From positions 10,909,962-10,973,961 of the forward strand of contig CAVNZM010000007.1 of assembly GCA_963693365.1 (NCBI GenBank): a DNA stretch of 64,000 bases. Direction: 5' to 3'. Position numbers and translations under genes: made by a program. Positions 53,143 through 64,000 of this stretch are shown piece by piece. Every line of letters begins with the position of its first letter. Position 1 is the first letter of the stretch. Origin of the DNA: Amoebidium appalachense (lineage: Eukaryota > Protista > Ichthyosporea). The notes under the pieces are model-generated. The model had not been told where the DNA came from, did no database searches, and saw only the letters and a list, made by a program, of their open reading frames with translations.

Positions 53143-54622
53143 ACACAGACACACACAGACACACATATGTGCATGCACGTGCATATGTGCAGCTGCACAC
53201 AGGCACACACACACAGGCACACACACACCCACTTATGCGTACACAGCTGAGCACGTATGAATGCAATATGCCCCATAGGATTAATGTATTAGTATGATGG
53301 AATGAAGTAGGGTTGCCGTGTGGGTGAATGGACCCATGTACCACAGGGTTTATATAGCCGGCACGAATGTTTCCATGACTCTGTCACTGCTGCATGCAAC
53401 ACTTACCCTAAGTCCTACACGCACACTGGCACGTGCCACACAATGCAAGCGCTTGGCCCATCTGCATGGCCAATAACGGACAGGGGTCTGTGTGTATAAG
53501 GTGAATGAACGACGAACTGGGTAGCTGTACAAGGTGACCTGAGCTGAAAAATGTTAGTGGAATGGCGCCAGGGTAGCATGAAATCAAATAAATCAATGGA
53601 ATGGCTACAGAGTGGCCTGAACCACGATAAACTAGATATGGCCTGACTAATCACAGCCCACAAATGCTTCATCTCGGTTAGGTCGAGACGTCATGATTGG
53701 ACGTGTGCCTGCTTCCTTCACCCTGCCATCACGCCCCATATGGGGGCATGCACCATGCCTCTGCGCACCAGATATGCCTCTGCTATTCCTCTGCTGTGAT
53801 TGAATGACGGTCATGTTTAATAGCTTACAAAACCCAAGAGAGGGGCCAGCCCGTCCCCAAACACACCTGACATTCCTCGATCTCCCCTGCTATGCACAGG
53901 ACGCGTGCTAGTTTCTTTATCATTAACATTACATATCGCTTTTGAAATTCGAACAACCGTGGTGCCAGGCTGCATGTCCAATAAACCATACGTGCACATG
54001 CCTGGATGCCATTACACACAACTGCTAGGCTGTGACAGAACACGCATTGCCCTCAGGTGCTGCTGTGGCCCCACCCATGCAGGTGTCCAGGCCCATTTTG
54101 CTATGCACACTCCTTGCAGGGCTCGGTAGACCCCTGTGACCTGTAAGTGTGGCTGTGAGTGCTGGGTGCCCCCTCACCCACCCAAATAACAGAGGGGATG
54201 TAGTCCTCAGTGCTGCCCCTTACACCTTAAAGGCGGAACACTCGGCTTGTGTGCCTGTTTTGGTAAACACAGGTACAAACAAAACAGAACAGCTTTGTAT
54301 TTATCTGCTACAGATTGTGGTGGCTGGTCTTTCGTGTGTGTCAGTAGGGGGAGGGGGAAGGCAGAGAGGGGGAGGGGGGGGGGGGGGGGGGGGGGTTATA
54401 GCGAACTTCTCTTAAGTAAGGTGGGGGTGGGCCTGGATGAGACAAACACAGTTGAGGACGAAGGAAAGAAAAAAACTCATCTTTCTTTTCTTTTCTTTTC
54501 TTTTCTTTTCTTTCTTTCTTTCTTTTTTGGTGGTGGTGGTGGGTGTGTTGGGTGTGTTTGGGGGTAGGGGTGGGGGGTGGTGATTTTTTTTTTTTTATTA
54601 TTTTTTTTTTTTATAAGTTCGT

Positions 54623-54704
<82 letters not shown>

Positions 54705-54705
<1 letters not shown>

Positions 54706-55417
54706 CACCTTTTCTTTGCTTGACAGGCAGCCTGGAACTCCTCCCATTCCTACTTCACAGTGTCAGCAGGAATGCTTGCACGTGAAAATGGTCACGTGGG
54801 TTTGTGGAGGACATGCACACGAGGGGCCACATGCGCATATGCACGCACACGAGGGGCTGTGTGAGGGGAGAGGGTTCACAGGGCCACAAGAAACACACGT
54901 CATGCCAGGTGAAACCAGTGGGTGAAGAAGAGGACAAACAGTGCAGCAGTGCTTTTAGGCTGGTTAGGGGGGGGGGGGGGGGGGAGTATATGCTGTGGGC
55001 ACAAAAAACGTCGGGAAGTATACCTCTAGAGCAGACGGGATATGGCAGAGGGAATGGTGAGCGAACACTTAAGATGTGGAGTGCCAAAAGGGAAGGGTGT
55101 GGGGAAACGGGTGGTGGTGGTGGTTGGGGGGGGGGGGGGGGGGGAGGGGGGGGAGGAGGGGGGGAGGGGGGAGGGGGGGAGAGGTATATGGGAAGAGCCA
55201 CGACAAACAGCTACAGAGGAGGACGGGAAGAAAAAATGGGGTAAGAACAAGCAGAATGGCTGAAGAGGTGAGACAGGCAGCAGCGGGACTCAGTCTACAA
55301 AGCAACAGGGGTTACGAGTAACCCCTGCCACGGGCACAAACACACCTCACACACGCACACTAGACACCCACAAGCACACTGCTGCATGCCTAGATTCACG
55401 CCCACACACACACGTGT

Positions 55418-55480
<63 letters not shown>

Positions 55481-55652
55481 TATCTTACCATCCATGCTCT
55501 TCCCACACACACAAACTCCATCCATTAAGCCAAGAACACGCCCACCCAGCCCCACTCGACCGCACACCCACCCGTCACCCCAGGCCAACCCCCTTTCCTC
55601 CCTTCCCCCTCCTCCACCCCCTCCCCCTCCCCCTCCCCCCTCAAACAACAAC

Positions 55653-55716
<64 letters not shown>

Positions 55717-55896
55717 CACACACACATACACACACACACACACACCACGCGCACACACCACACGCACACGTTTTTCTTTCACCCATCCACCTTCCCATGA
55801 GCAACCACACAGCCATTCCCTGCCCTCCCCCCCCCACACACACATGCACAGACACGCACACGCGCAAAAACGCACACGCACACACACACAATCATG

Positions 55897-55960
<64 letters not shown>

Positions 55961-56225
55961 CACACACATGCACGCACGCACGCACACACACACACACATG
56001 CACGCACGCACGCATGCTAAACACACGCACACAGGCAGGCAGGCACACACCTTCCTGCACTTTGCCACGTCGTTGTTGTTTGCAGCCAGGCACCGCTGCA
56101 GGGCGTCACTGTCGCACGACTCCACCCGTTTGGCGTCGGGTGCCATCAGACCTGCCCCACCCCCACCCCGTTAGGCCCCCAGCCACCACGCGCACGCACA
56201 GAGAGACAGTACCTGGGGCGGACAT
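54705..56225 (-). CDS. 52-aa four-cysteine CHCH-like small protein (exons 56225-56213, ~56151-56051, 54749-54705)
   Basis: Spliced product [52 protein letters not shown]; ccgccATG start context; canonical splice sites. Confidence 0.7.
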
Positions 56226-56683
56226 GGCGGGTGTCCTGTGACCAAAAGCCTTCTTACTATGTATCACTGAGCTATCTTGTAAGTCTCAGTTTGGTCAAGA
56301 GATGGCCCTGCGCAGAAACTTTACACCCGAGGTTTCATCAGGTGAGCCTCGGGTGTATCTACCCCAGGTACCCCGGACACAACATATGTAGTGTTTTTGA
56401 GTGCAAGCGTGAAAGCTGGAAACATGTGCAGCAGTAGGTCAGAACAAAGCAGCATCTAAAGCGGCCACTGGAGAGTGTGGATAAGCTGTGCGCATTAGGT
56501 TATGCGTATTTCATAGCCTAGTAGTGCTTGGGAGGGTACAGACACAAAGTCACCCAGTACGGCCAAACAGCCAACCTTTGCACCAATTTGAAACACTTTC
56601 GCTGCCTGCTGCGGCCCTCAGGCAGATTCCCAATTGCCTGTTCGCATTGCAGAAAGCAAGAGTGTGTGCCCACATGCCTTGAT

Positions 56684-56722
<39 letters not shown>

Positions 56723-56867
56723 TCCCCCGGGAACTGGCGGGACAGAGCCAGCCAGGGCACAGAAACACCTTCTTGGAGGTGTTTGCGTGCACACACACGC
56801 GCGCGCATGCACAGACACGCACGCTCACGTACACGCATGCGCAAGCACGCACACAAACACACACATG

Positions 56868-56901
<34 letters not shown>

Positions 56902-57674
56902 CACACATGCACACACATGCACACACGGCTCTACGTGTAGAGCCGTGTGTGCGCGTATGCATCACCAACGTCAACCGCACCCTCGAGCAAATTGGCAGCA
57001 TATAGGCAACCGCTTTGGCAATCAGTCGATCGGGCATATCGGGCATTAGAACGAAACATCACAATGTATCAACACTACACAAGAACCCGCACGCTGCAGA
57101 CTAACCAAGCACAAAACAAACACAAAAAACATATACACTGTGTGCTCAAACATGCATACACATATGTGCCTGCCGACACACCCTCACACTCTCCGTGTCT
57201 TAAAAAAAATCGAGGTGTGTGTGTGAAGTCACAAGCGTTTTATTTTTTGCGTGTGTGATTGGAGCTGTGAACAGTATGAGTGCATGCCCTAACGTGCTCT
57301 CGTGAAACCCAGGTTAGAAGCTTTCCGTGTGTGTGTGACGGTGTTTGTATCTGCTTAATGTTTGCTTGCTCTTGTTTCTGTGTGCGGGGTGCCAGACGTG
57401 TGCCTGCCGTGGTTGTGTGTAGCCCCTGAGTAGTTTGCGTGGTTGGACGAAGCAAAGCTGCTTTTAAACACCTGACAACACAGCTCATCCAGTCAATTCG
57501 AAAAGCATGTGGCAAACTCCAACGTGTGCGCTTGGAGGTTGCTTGTATTTATCCAGGAGGCATGTTACGCCAATCGCACAGGGCACCAAGGCCGGACTGT
57601 GCAGCCACTAAGTTTAGTTCATTCGCGCCATTCGAGCATATATACGTCTCTTTCATACAGTCACCTATCTTACA

Positions 57675-58886
57675 CTAGCACGTGCCTACAGCATCTACGC
57701 CTATCAGCTGCAGCAGCTCACTGGGCAAGTTTAGTTGCCCCAATAGCTCTTGCAGGGCTGCAACGTCCACACTTGGGTCTGTGCACCCAAAGTCACTGCC
57801 GGCCCGCACGTGACCTGCCCGTGTGGGCAGTACCTCGAGGCTGGGTGCACGAAGGGTTCCTAGCTGGGTGCTGGACACACGGCGGGCAGCCGGGTACTGT
57901 CTCGGGGCCGGGAAGGCAAAGGAGTCCTGGGACAGGGCGCTGCGCTGCAGGGCCGGGGCATCCAGCTCCCAGTCCAAGGCCATGGGCGAGGGCGGCTCCT
58001 CATCCTCTACCAACTGCTGCTGCAACGTCTCCCACAGGGGTGCCCGCTGGTCCCCCCTCACGCTGTACGGCAGCTGCTCCAGACTGCGCCGTCTGCCCAG
58101 GGTCTCGCCTGCGCGCTTGTCCATGTGGTAGCCTGCCCGTTGGTTGCGTGGGCTGGTGGAGCTGCGCCGGGCAAGCACGTGCTGGAACCGTGTGGGCAGC
58201 GGAGGGGTGGGGGCCGTGCGTGTGCGTGGTGTGTGTGCGGGCCAGGGCAACAGGCCCTGCTGGCGCAGCTGCAGCAGCACCTCCTCCTGCCGGGCCAGCC
58301 GCCGTCTCTCCTCGTCGTCCACCGTGACCAGACCAAACGGGTCGCTCCGCATTGGCTGTGGGGACACCACTGGGGCGGACTGACGGCGCAAGGGGCCGTC
58401 GTGGGGCTGGGTGGCACTGTGGCTGCGCAGTGCCGACGGTGGGGCAGAGTACGCGGCTGGTGTCTGGGCAAGAAGGGTCGGCGTGGGGGTGTGGCCCACC
58501 TCAGGTGCACTGCAGGGCTCGGTCAGGTGGTCCAGCAGGTTGGGCGCACTGGCAAGTTTCAGCAGAGGCACACTGTTGCCGCGGCGGGTGGCCACGTGCT
58601 GGTCGCGTAGCTGCTGTGGCGTGGAGGCATAGGTGGGGGGTAGGCTCTGCACGTTGAGCATGGCCAGTGTCTGCAGCAGCTGCTGCTGGTCGCTGGGTAG
58701 TGAGTGGGTCATACGCTGTGGCTGTGCCTGGGCCTGGGCAGGGTACCTGCGGCTCTGCTCTATCTGGTGCACCTGCGCATCTATCTCGGCCTTGATGCGG
58801 TCTATGCGCTGCTGGTGCTCCTCGGCCCGTTGCTTCTGTAGCGCTATCTTGTCGCTGAAGCGACGCGGGTGCCAGTCGTCCGCCAT
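57675..58886 (-). CDS. CRTC/TORC-like CREB coactivator homolog, single exon, 403 aa
   Basis: N-terminal HPRRFSDKIALQKQRAEEHQQRIDRI parallels TORC_N (NPRKFSEKIALH.QKQAEE). Disordered middle with RxxS sites; acidic/hydrophobic C-terminus. Confidence 0.75.
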   Translation of the reverse strand: MADDWHPRRFSDKIALQKQRAEEHQQRIDRIKAEIDAQVHQIEQSRRYPAQAQAQPQRMTHSLPSDQQQLLQTLAMLNVQSLPPTYASTPQQLRDQHVATRRGNSVPLLKLASAPNLLDHLTEPCSAPEVGHTPTPTLLAQTPAAYSAPPSALRSHSATQPHDGPLRRQSAPVVSPQPMRSDPFGLVTVDDEERRRLARQEEVLLQLRQQGLLPWPAHTPRTRTAPTPPLPTRFQHVLARRSSTSPRNQRAGYHMDKRAGETLGRRRSLEQLPYSVRGDQRAPLWETLQQQLVEDEEPPSPMALDWELDAPALQRSALSQDSFAFPAPRQYPAARRVSSTQLGTLRAPSLEVLPTRAGHVRAGSDFGCTDPSVDVAALQELLGQLNLPSELLQLIGVDAVGTC

Positions 58887-61199
58887 GGCAGTGTTTTGTC
58901 TGGTCAGTGTGCTCTGTGTGTCTCTAATAGCGTGGTTGGTGGTTTGCTAGACACTCAGACCCCTACAAAGAACCGCGTGTATTTCTGTGCTAACCCTATC
59001 CCGCTTGTTATTTGCCACACCGGAAGTGTAGGAAACAGAGCAGCTTTCATGAAGCTACGCTATGTGTATTGTTCACAAACATTAAGGAAAGTAGCAAAAG
59101 TGTGATCTATGACGCAAATGCCAGCAGGCCCTTTGGTTTTATAGGTGCCTGCCCTGGCATTCCAACGAGGCATGCCAAGGATCTACTCAATCAAGCAGGG
59201 GTTGCCCAGTTTTGGCCGCCTTAATCGTTTTACCTCAAATAGTATCGTATTGTCGGAAAGTCTTAATCGTTTTGCTGGGGTGTTTTTCAAAATAGAATTA
59301 TATAAACCCCAACTGTTTTGTAATTTTAGATTCTAATCTCGAACAAACTTTTGCTTCACTAAAACTATGGAACCCTGAAAGAGAAGACAGGGCTTCGTAT
59401 TCTTCTTTGCAAGCGCAAGAAATACCAACAGATCACTTTTTTATAGAAATCATTCATTTTTCATATATAAAGACATCCAAATACACGCTTGGGCCTATAT
59501 GATTGATACGAACGGTGAATACGGCACCTTACAGTGGTAACCGTTTTGTATTTTGGGTCAATACGATTCGTAAGGCAAACCCTGATTTCAATGTGAACGC
59601 TGCCAGATGACTTGACGTCATTAGAGACCCGCCAATCAAAGACCTCGATTCGAATAGAGCCCATTCATTCATGGAAAAATCTAGCCGAAACGAGCTAACG
59701 TCAAGTTATTTTGATTGGCGCACAATATCGGCTGATAGGTAAACGATTGCAATTGGTTTAGAACCAGCTAATTTAAATTGCCGCATTCCGTTCCCTGCGC
59801 ACATGCCAGAGATAAAAACCCCACGATCTTACTTGTGTGACGTTGTTGTAGTCAGCGTATAAATGAGGAAAACATTTATTGGCTTCGAATTTACTTCTGA
59901 TTCAAAAGATCTCAATATATTTATGCTAACACGTTTATACCGTGTATTTCATCACCTTCATCACATAGTTGTTAGCCCATGTTTATGGCCATTGGCGCGC
60001 CATAGGCCTGATCAGGTCTCACATGAACCTGTTTACGCGCCTCGAACTTTTCCAATCGAGCAAAACACGCTCTCAGAAACAGAAACAATGAACTAATTGT
60101 ACATGGCATTTGAAGCTTCAAAACAGTGAAGTAAACAATTTTTTTCACTAAGTAGTTAAGTTGTGGGTAAATTTTGAAAGAACGGAGGCTTACATTGAAC
60201 GTAGCCCGTTTTTACGGCCGGCCCACTCCCCAGGGAATGCACGAGAAGGTGATTGGAGGACTTTATCGGCCCGATATAAGCGCCATAAATTGACCCGTGT
60301 CACTATTCAACGAGCTAAAACGTAAACAGCTGCTTCTAATAACCGCACATTTTTGGACGTTTCAAGTGCTAAGTTTTATTAAGGTTAGTTGTAGTCACGA
60401 AAGTGATGTTCATGCATAATCCTCACGTGCTAGCTACATGAACAACGTGTGTATTGACAAATCTTGATATTCGAGGCTGAGACCGGCTTCGCATGTGCAG
60501 GAATGCTTGGCATGCACCGAGTGCCACCGACTATTGGCTCGAATCACGTTTGATTGGTCCGCCAAAACTCTAGATTCGATCTATTCGTGACGTCACACCA
60601 GTTTGCCTCAGTGAGTCAGGCCTCATGATCAACTTTCACGTGCACGCGCAGGCTGGTTTTCACAGGCCTACTTTGCTGGCCCGCCCACTATACTGTACAT
60701 GTGCACAGTACCATGTGCACACTGTTCAGAAATATGCATAGGATGATTGTGCAGCCTGTAGGCTGGCCATGGTGTTACATAGTAGGCCCTAGCCGTTCTA
60801 ATATGTAAAATCCTTCAGTGTCTGGCTATGGCCATACTATGCATATGCATGACTCATGTCCTACCACCTACTGAGGCGGTGTCTCCTTTTTTTTTTTTTT
60901 TTCTTTTTTTTTTTTAAGGGACCGCCTGAGTAGATGTATAACGTCGCACGTGCGGCAACACGTCAGTACGTGTTAGACTCATGTCGGACGTCCTAGGCCT
61001 ACCTGCTACCTGATCGTGACAGGCCGGCTCGATCCGGGTTCCGAGACATGTGTGCCTTTACACATTTACATGAACGTTCGTACACTTCACTGAACTTGCC
61101 ACCATGCACATGTACCTTGTATGCATCTATGCATGCTGTATGTCGAGTGTGTCACTCGACTGTGACGGGCAACTTTACTGTGGCACATGCACGTGTCCT

Positions 61200-61305
61200 C
61201 ATTGTTATGTTAGAATAGTCTATCTGTTTATTCCTGCTCTTCCCAGTCACGTACTTACAATAGCCTGTTCCCGCCCATCCTGCCCCCGCGTACATGGGGC
61301 CGCAT
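61200..61305 (-). repeat. Inverted copy of the repeat at ~20395-20510
   Basis: Direct reverse-complement match. Confidence 0.85.
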
Positions 61306-62994
61306 ACGCCAGGAACCATAACTGTCTTCCTATTGGCTATTACATAATAATCCCGATCGATCTATCCTGACTCACTGACAGGGTTGGGCTGGGGTCCGCG
61401 GACTCACTCGTACCGGCTCGAACCGAATCGTAACGGGTCAAGCCTTAATCGTAATGGCTGGCTTCCGCCAGGGACTTGTTCGTAATGCCCCCCCCCCCCC
61501 CCTCCCCCTCCCCCCACCACCACCACCACCGGATCTCCTCTTCCCCCACCACCACGCGTGCACCATTTCTCAACGTTTGGTGGTTATGGCGCCACTGGTA
61601 GTATTGTACGTGACACTACGTGCAGTACTTAGTGCACTACAAGCTGGCCTCTTGCAATGCATCAGAAATCTCAAGCTTATGTAGCCCATAATAGCGTTTT
61701 TGCCATGCTTGGTTCAATTCTTGCATCACAATGATTGCTTTTAGTAAGCTTACCGCGTTTGGCAGATAATAATTTAAAGTAATAAATGTCAATGATGCAT
61801 CCGAAATGTACTCTGATCGGAGAACTTAGCGGCCATAAGTACTCTGACCGCAGTACTTTAGGAATGCTTGTTTCGGAAGGATACCGCGAGCTATTGGGGC
61901 CCAGGAGCCCGCTTTTTTTTGTACAGCCAGTAAGAAAACATAAGTTTACACCTTTTTTGTCTTTGGTACGGTAACTAACAAGGCCTTCCCTAGCTTTTAT
62001 TGGTTGCCGACGCTGTTGCAAGTTTTTGAATTCATGCTCGACAACAACATGATTCATGATCAAACGGACGAAACTTGCTGAGTCCGCGAACACAACAAGC
62101 CATGGGTTTCATGTGAAAGATGAGCGCCCAACATGGCCAAAACATTAGACCCAATAGAGTCACTTTATTCTGGAGCTCGTGTCTGTTGTTTTGCATACAT
62201 ATTTGACGGGGTTCAGGGGGAAGATTTCACAGATGACACCACACGTTGGTCTTACAAGAAGTTCGGCCTGAGTTGGGACACACAAATACTGGTTGGCACA
62301 GTAGTGAAACGATGCAAGACAAACGAAGGCAGTGAATGGAAAGTAAAGTTTGATTTTGACGGTACTGTTGGACATTGTGTTCATAGAAGCTAGTTCTAGT
62401 GCACGTTGTTCCTTCTGTAAGTCAGAAATGATTGCATCTTGTGAGGCCAACCTCTGCTCCAGTAGTTGGACTAGTTGCTGCAACTGTAAGTTGTCAGACA
62501 TAGTGTCGTGTATGATGGGTAACTAGTCTATGTGTTTTGTGCACTGGAAACGACAGTAGAAAAGTGTAAATCAAACGTTCTGCTTCCCATAACTAAAAAT
62601 ATTCTGAGAATATCCGGGAATAAAGCACACTACCACTCTAAGAATAGAATCCTGTGGCAAATATAGACATGACATCATCTGAACCGGGAATATTAATTAA
62701 TGAGCACAATTAGCACGTTGCTAGTGAAGCTCGTCATTGGTACAGTTTTGGCTCAAACATATAACTACCATATATGAATATGACCGTAAACAAAAGCTCT
62801 ATGCACTCGAGTGAGTGTTGAAACAGTTGTTCAATTGCTCAGAAACTTTCTCTAACAGACATTGCTAGCCGGGAGTACCAGTGTACTCCAACACCCCTAC
62901 TCAATTGGATAATTGTGGTATGAATTAATGCAACTGAGCTCGAGTGCTTCAGGTGCACAAAATACAGACAATAAAGATTCCCCTACTCAATTTT

Positions 62995-64000
62995 AGTATG
63001 GTACACGTAGTTGCACAGTCGGATGCAACTCTCTCCCCCCCTGAAGTATGAGGGCGCAGTTGGTTGATGACGGGTGCTCAGCACATGTTGAGCATCCCCA
63101 CGGCCTTGGTGAAGAAAGAGGCAGACAGGGCCTTGGTGAACATGTCGGCCTTGTTGTCAGCAGAAGCCACCGGGACCACAGTGATGTTGCCCAGCAGGTG
63201 ATGTTCCTTGACGGAGCAGTAGCGGACGTCGATGTGCTTGGTCTTGGGCTTAACCCCCAGGGTGTCCAGCAGGGCCCGGGCAGACTCATTGTCCCCATGG
63301 ATGGGCACCGGGGTGGGCTCATTGATAGGATTAAGGCCCAGGTCGTCCATCACATAGTTGAGCCATAGGGCCTCGTTCGTAGCAGCAGACATGGCCACAA
63401 ATTCAGCCTCAGTGGAGCTGTGGGTGGTGATGGACTGGAGCCGAGACACCCAGGACACAGGGGAGGAGTTTATGAAGAAGACATAGCCCGTGGTGGAGCG
63501 CCGGGTGTCGCGGTCCTCGGCGTAGTCGGAGTCGGAGTAGCCAACAAGGTTGGGGGGGCCGGGACGGTAGACAATACCCAGGTCGATGGTGGCCAGCAGG
63601 TAGCTTACAACTCTGGTAGCCATAGTCCAGTGGGTGACGGTGGGCGCATGAATGTGTCGAGTAAGGACTCCCAGAGCCTGGGAAATGTCGGGGCGGGTGG
63701 TACGCGCAATCCACAGCAGGGCACCGACCAGGCTGGCATAGTCCTCCTTCTTGCTGTAGGCTGGGGTCTTGTTGCTTTCACTGGCCTGGCCCGGGACGAT
63801 GGGGGTCTTGGTGCCGGACATGTGGGTGAGACGAAAACGGGCAGCCAAGTCGATGATGTGTTGACGATGGCCCAGACGCAGAGACCCGTCCTCCAGCCAG
63901 GTAAGAGTGTGCCCGATGAGCAGGGTAGGACGACCCAGGTCCTTGGCAGAGAAACGAGCATCCAGCTTGGTGAAAAAATCGTCGATGAGCGCATCAGTGG
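62995..64000 (-). mobile_element. Ty1/copia LTR retrotransposon 3' part (RT C-terminus, RNase H, PPT); continues beyond the window
   Basis: YASLVGALLW..TRPDI, GYSDSDYA, RRSTTGY, SSTEAEF, GDNESA, KTKHIDVRY, ADMFTKAL; stop at 63078; polypurine tract at ~63029-63042. The LTR start is not a clean TG and its extent is unclear. Confidence 0.93.

Overview
Eukaryotic genomic DNA with spliceosomal GT-AG introns packed with (CA)n/(GT)n and poly-G/poly-C tracts. Most short Pro/Gly- or His-Thr-rich ORFs in the track are translations of these tracts. A receptor tyrosine kinase and a CRTC-like gene suggest a unicellular holozoan such as an ichthyosporean (inference). Genes reconstructed by eye: the 3' part of a patatin-type TAG lipase, a two-exon RGS-LOV candidate blue-light receptor, PLAC8 plus a possible decayed paralog, a Gfo/Idh/MocA oxidoreductase, a TrmL with a mitochondrial-type presequence, an RTK, an ankyrin unit followed by ZnF-DZF exons, a 52-aa four-Cys protein and a CRTC-like protein. 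Mobile DNA: a 9-kb nest in which an APE-RT LINE is interrupted by two antisense copies of itself and by an exactly 3000-bp Kolobok-like element; also a P-element-like remnant, a Ty1/copia 3' end and a structured intronic repeat family. The best leads are the RGS-LOV protein with intact GAP and photocycle residues, and the LINE whose 3' end is a conserved ~195-nt cassette ending in oligo-C downstream of an internal poly(A). All assignments come from motif recognition; no searches were run.
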